NCBI GenBank assembly: GCA_963575745.1
Contig: CAUYUJ010000210.1
Coordinates: forward strand, 1 to 64,000
Length of the DNA: 64,000 bases
Direction of reading: 5' to 3'
DNA from: Prorocentrum cordatum
Taxonomy: Eukaryota
Shown here: piece by piece, positions 63,741-64,000 of the stretch
How the letters are laid out: the number at the start of each line of letters is the position of its first letter
Position numbering within the stretch: the first letter of the stretch is position 1
The notes under the pieces: model-generated
What the model was told of the DNA's origin: nothing
The model's input: the letters and a program-made list of their open reading frames with translations, nothing else
Databases searched by the model: none
Translations under genes and position numbers: made by a program

Positions 63741-64000
63741 CCACGGGGGGCCTCATCTGTGAGTGAAGCACGAACACGTCTCGAGCGGGAGCCCCTTCCC
63801 TGTGGGGACCGCACGTCACGTTGATAATCCGAGCGGGTCATCGGGGCCCTGTAACTGTCGTCACTTTTGGGTTCCTCAGGCCTGACTATTGGGGAAGTCT
63901 CAGGCGGGAGCCTCGTCTGTTGATGAATTGCGAGGAAGTCTTTGGCGTGAACCTTCCTTTTATGGGGTCCGCAACTCACGTTGGCAACCCGTGCGGGCCA

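Overview
GC-rich, repeat-dominated eukaryotic genomic DNA from a dinoflagellate. The evidence is two exact copies of the 22-nt dinoflagellate spliced leader (TCCGTAGCCATTTTGGCTCAAG) at 39027-39048 (+) and 22012-22033 (-). A Prorocentrum-like source is only my inference from composition and repeat style. No intact, nameable protein gene is visible, and most long ORFs in the track are translations of simple repeats. What I can support: (1) a decayed + strand non-LTR retrotransposon (APE endonuclease, RT, CCHC knuckle, RNase H; 1-4750), whose RNase H is split by a TA-flanked MITE; (2) a decayed - strand non-LTR element (APE, RT with FVDD, zinc fingers; about 31630-36675) with no room for an upstream ORF1 but a ~279-codon ORF downstream of the RT ORF; (3) a 3' LINE fragment; (4) two SL-headed, intronless, disrupted retrocopies, one with a ladder of decaying SL relics; (5) at least eight small TIR/foldback (MITE-like) families; (6) many micro- and minisatellites, with (CCT)n tracts repeatedly abutting retroelement ends; (7) tentative short exons of a - strand host gene; (8) a 100-N scaffold gap. 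All calls come from reading the sequence by eye; no searches were run.
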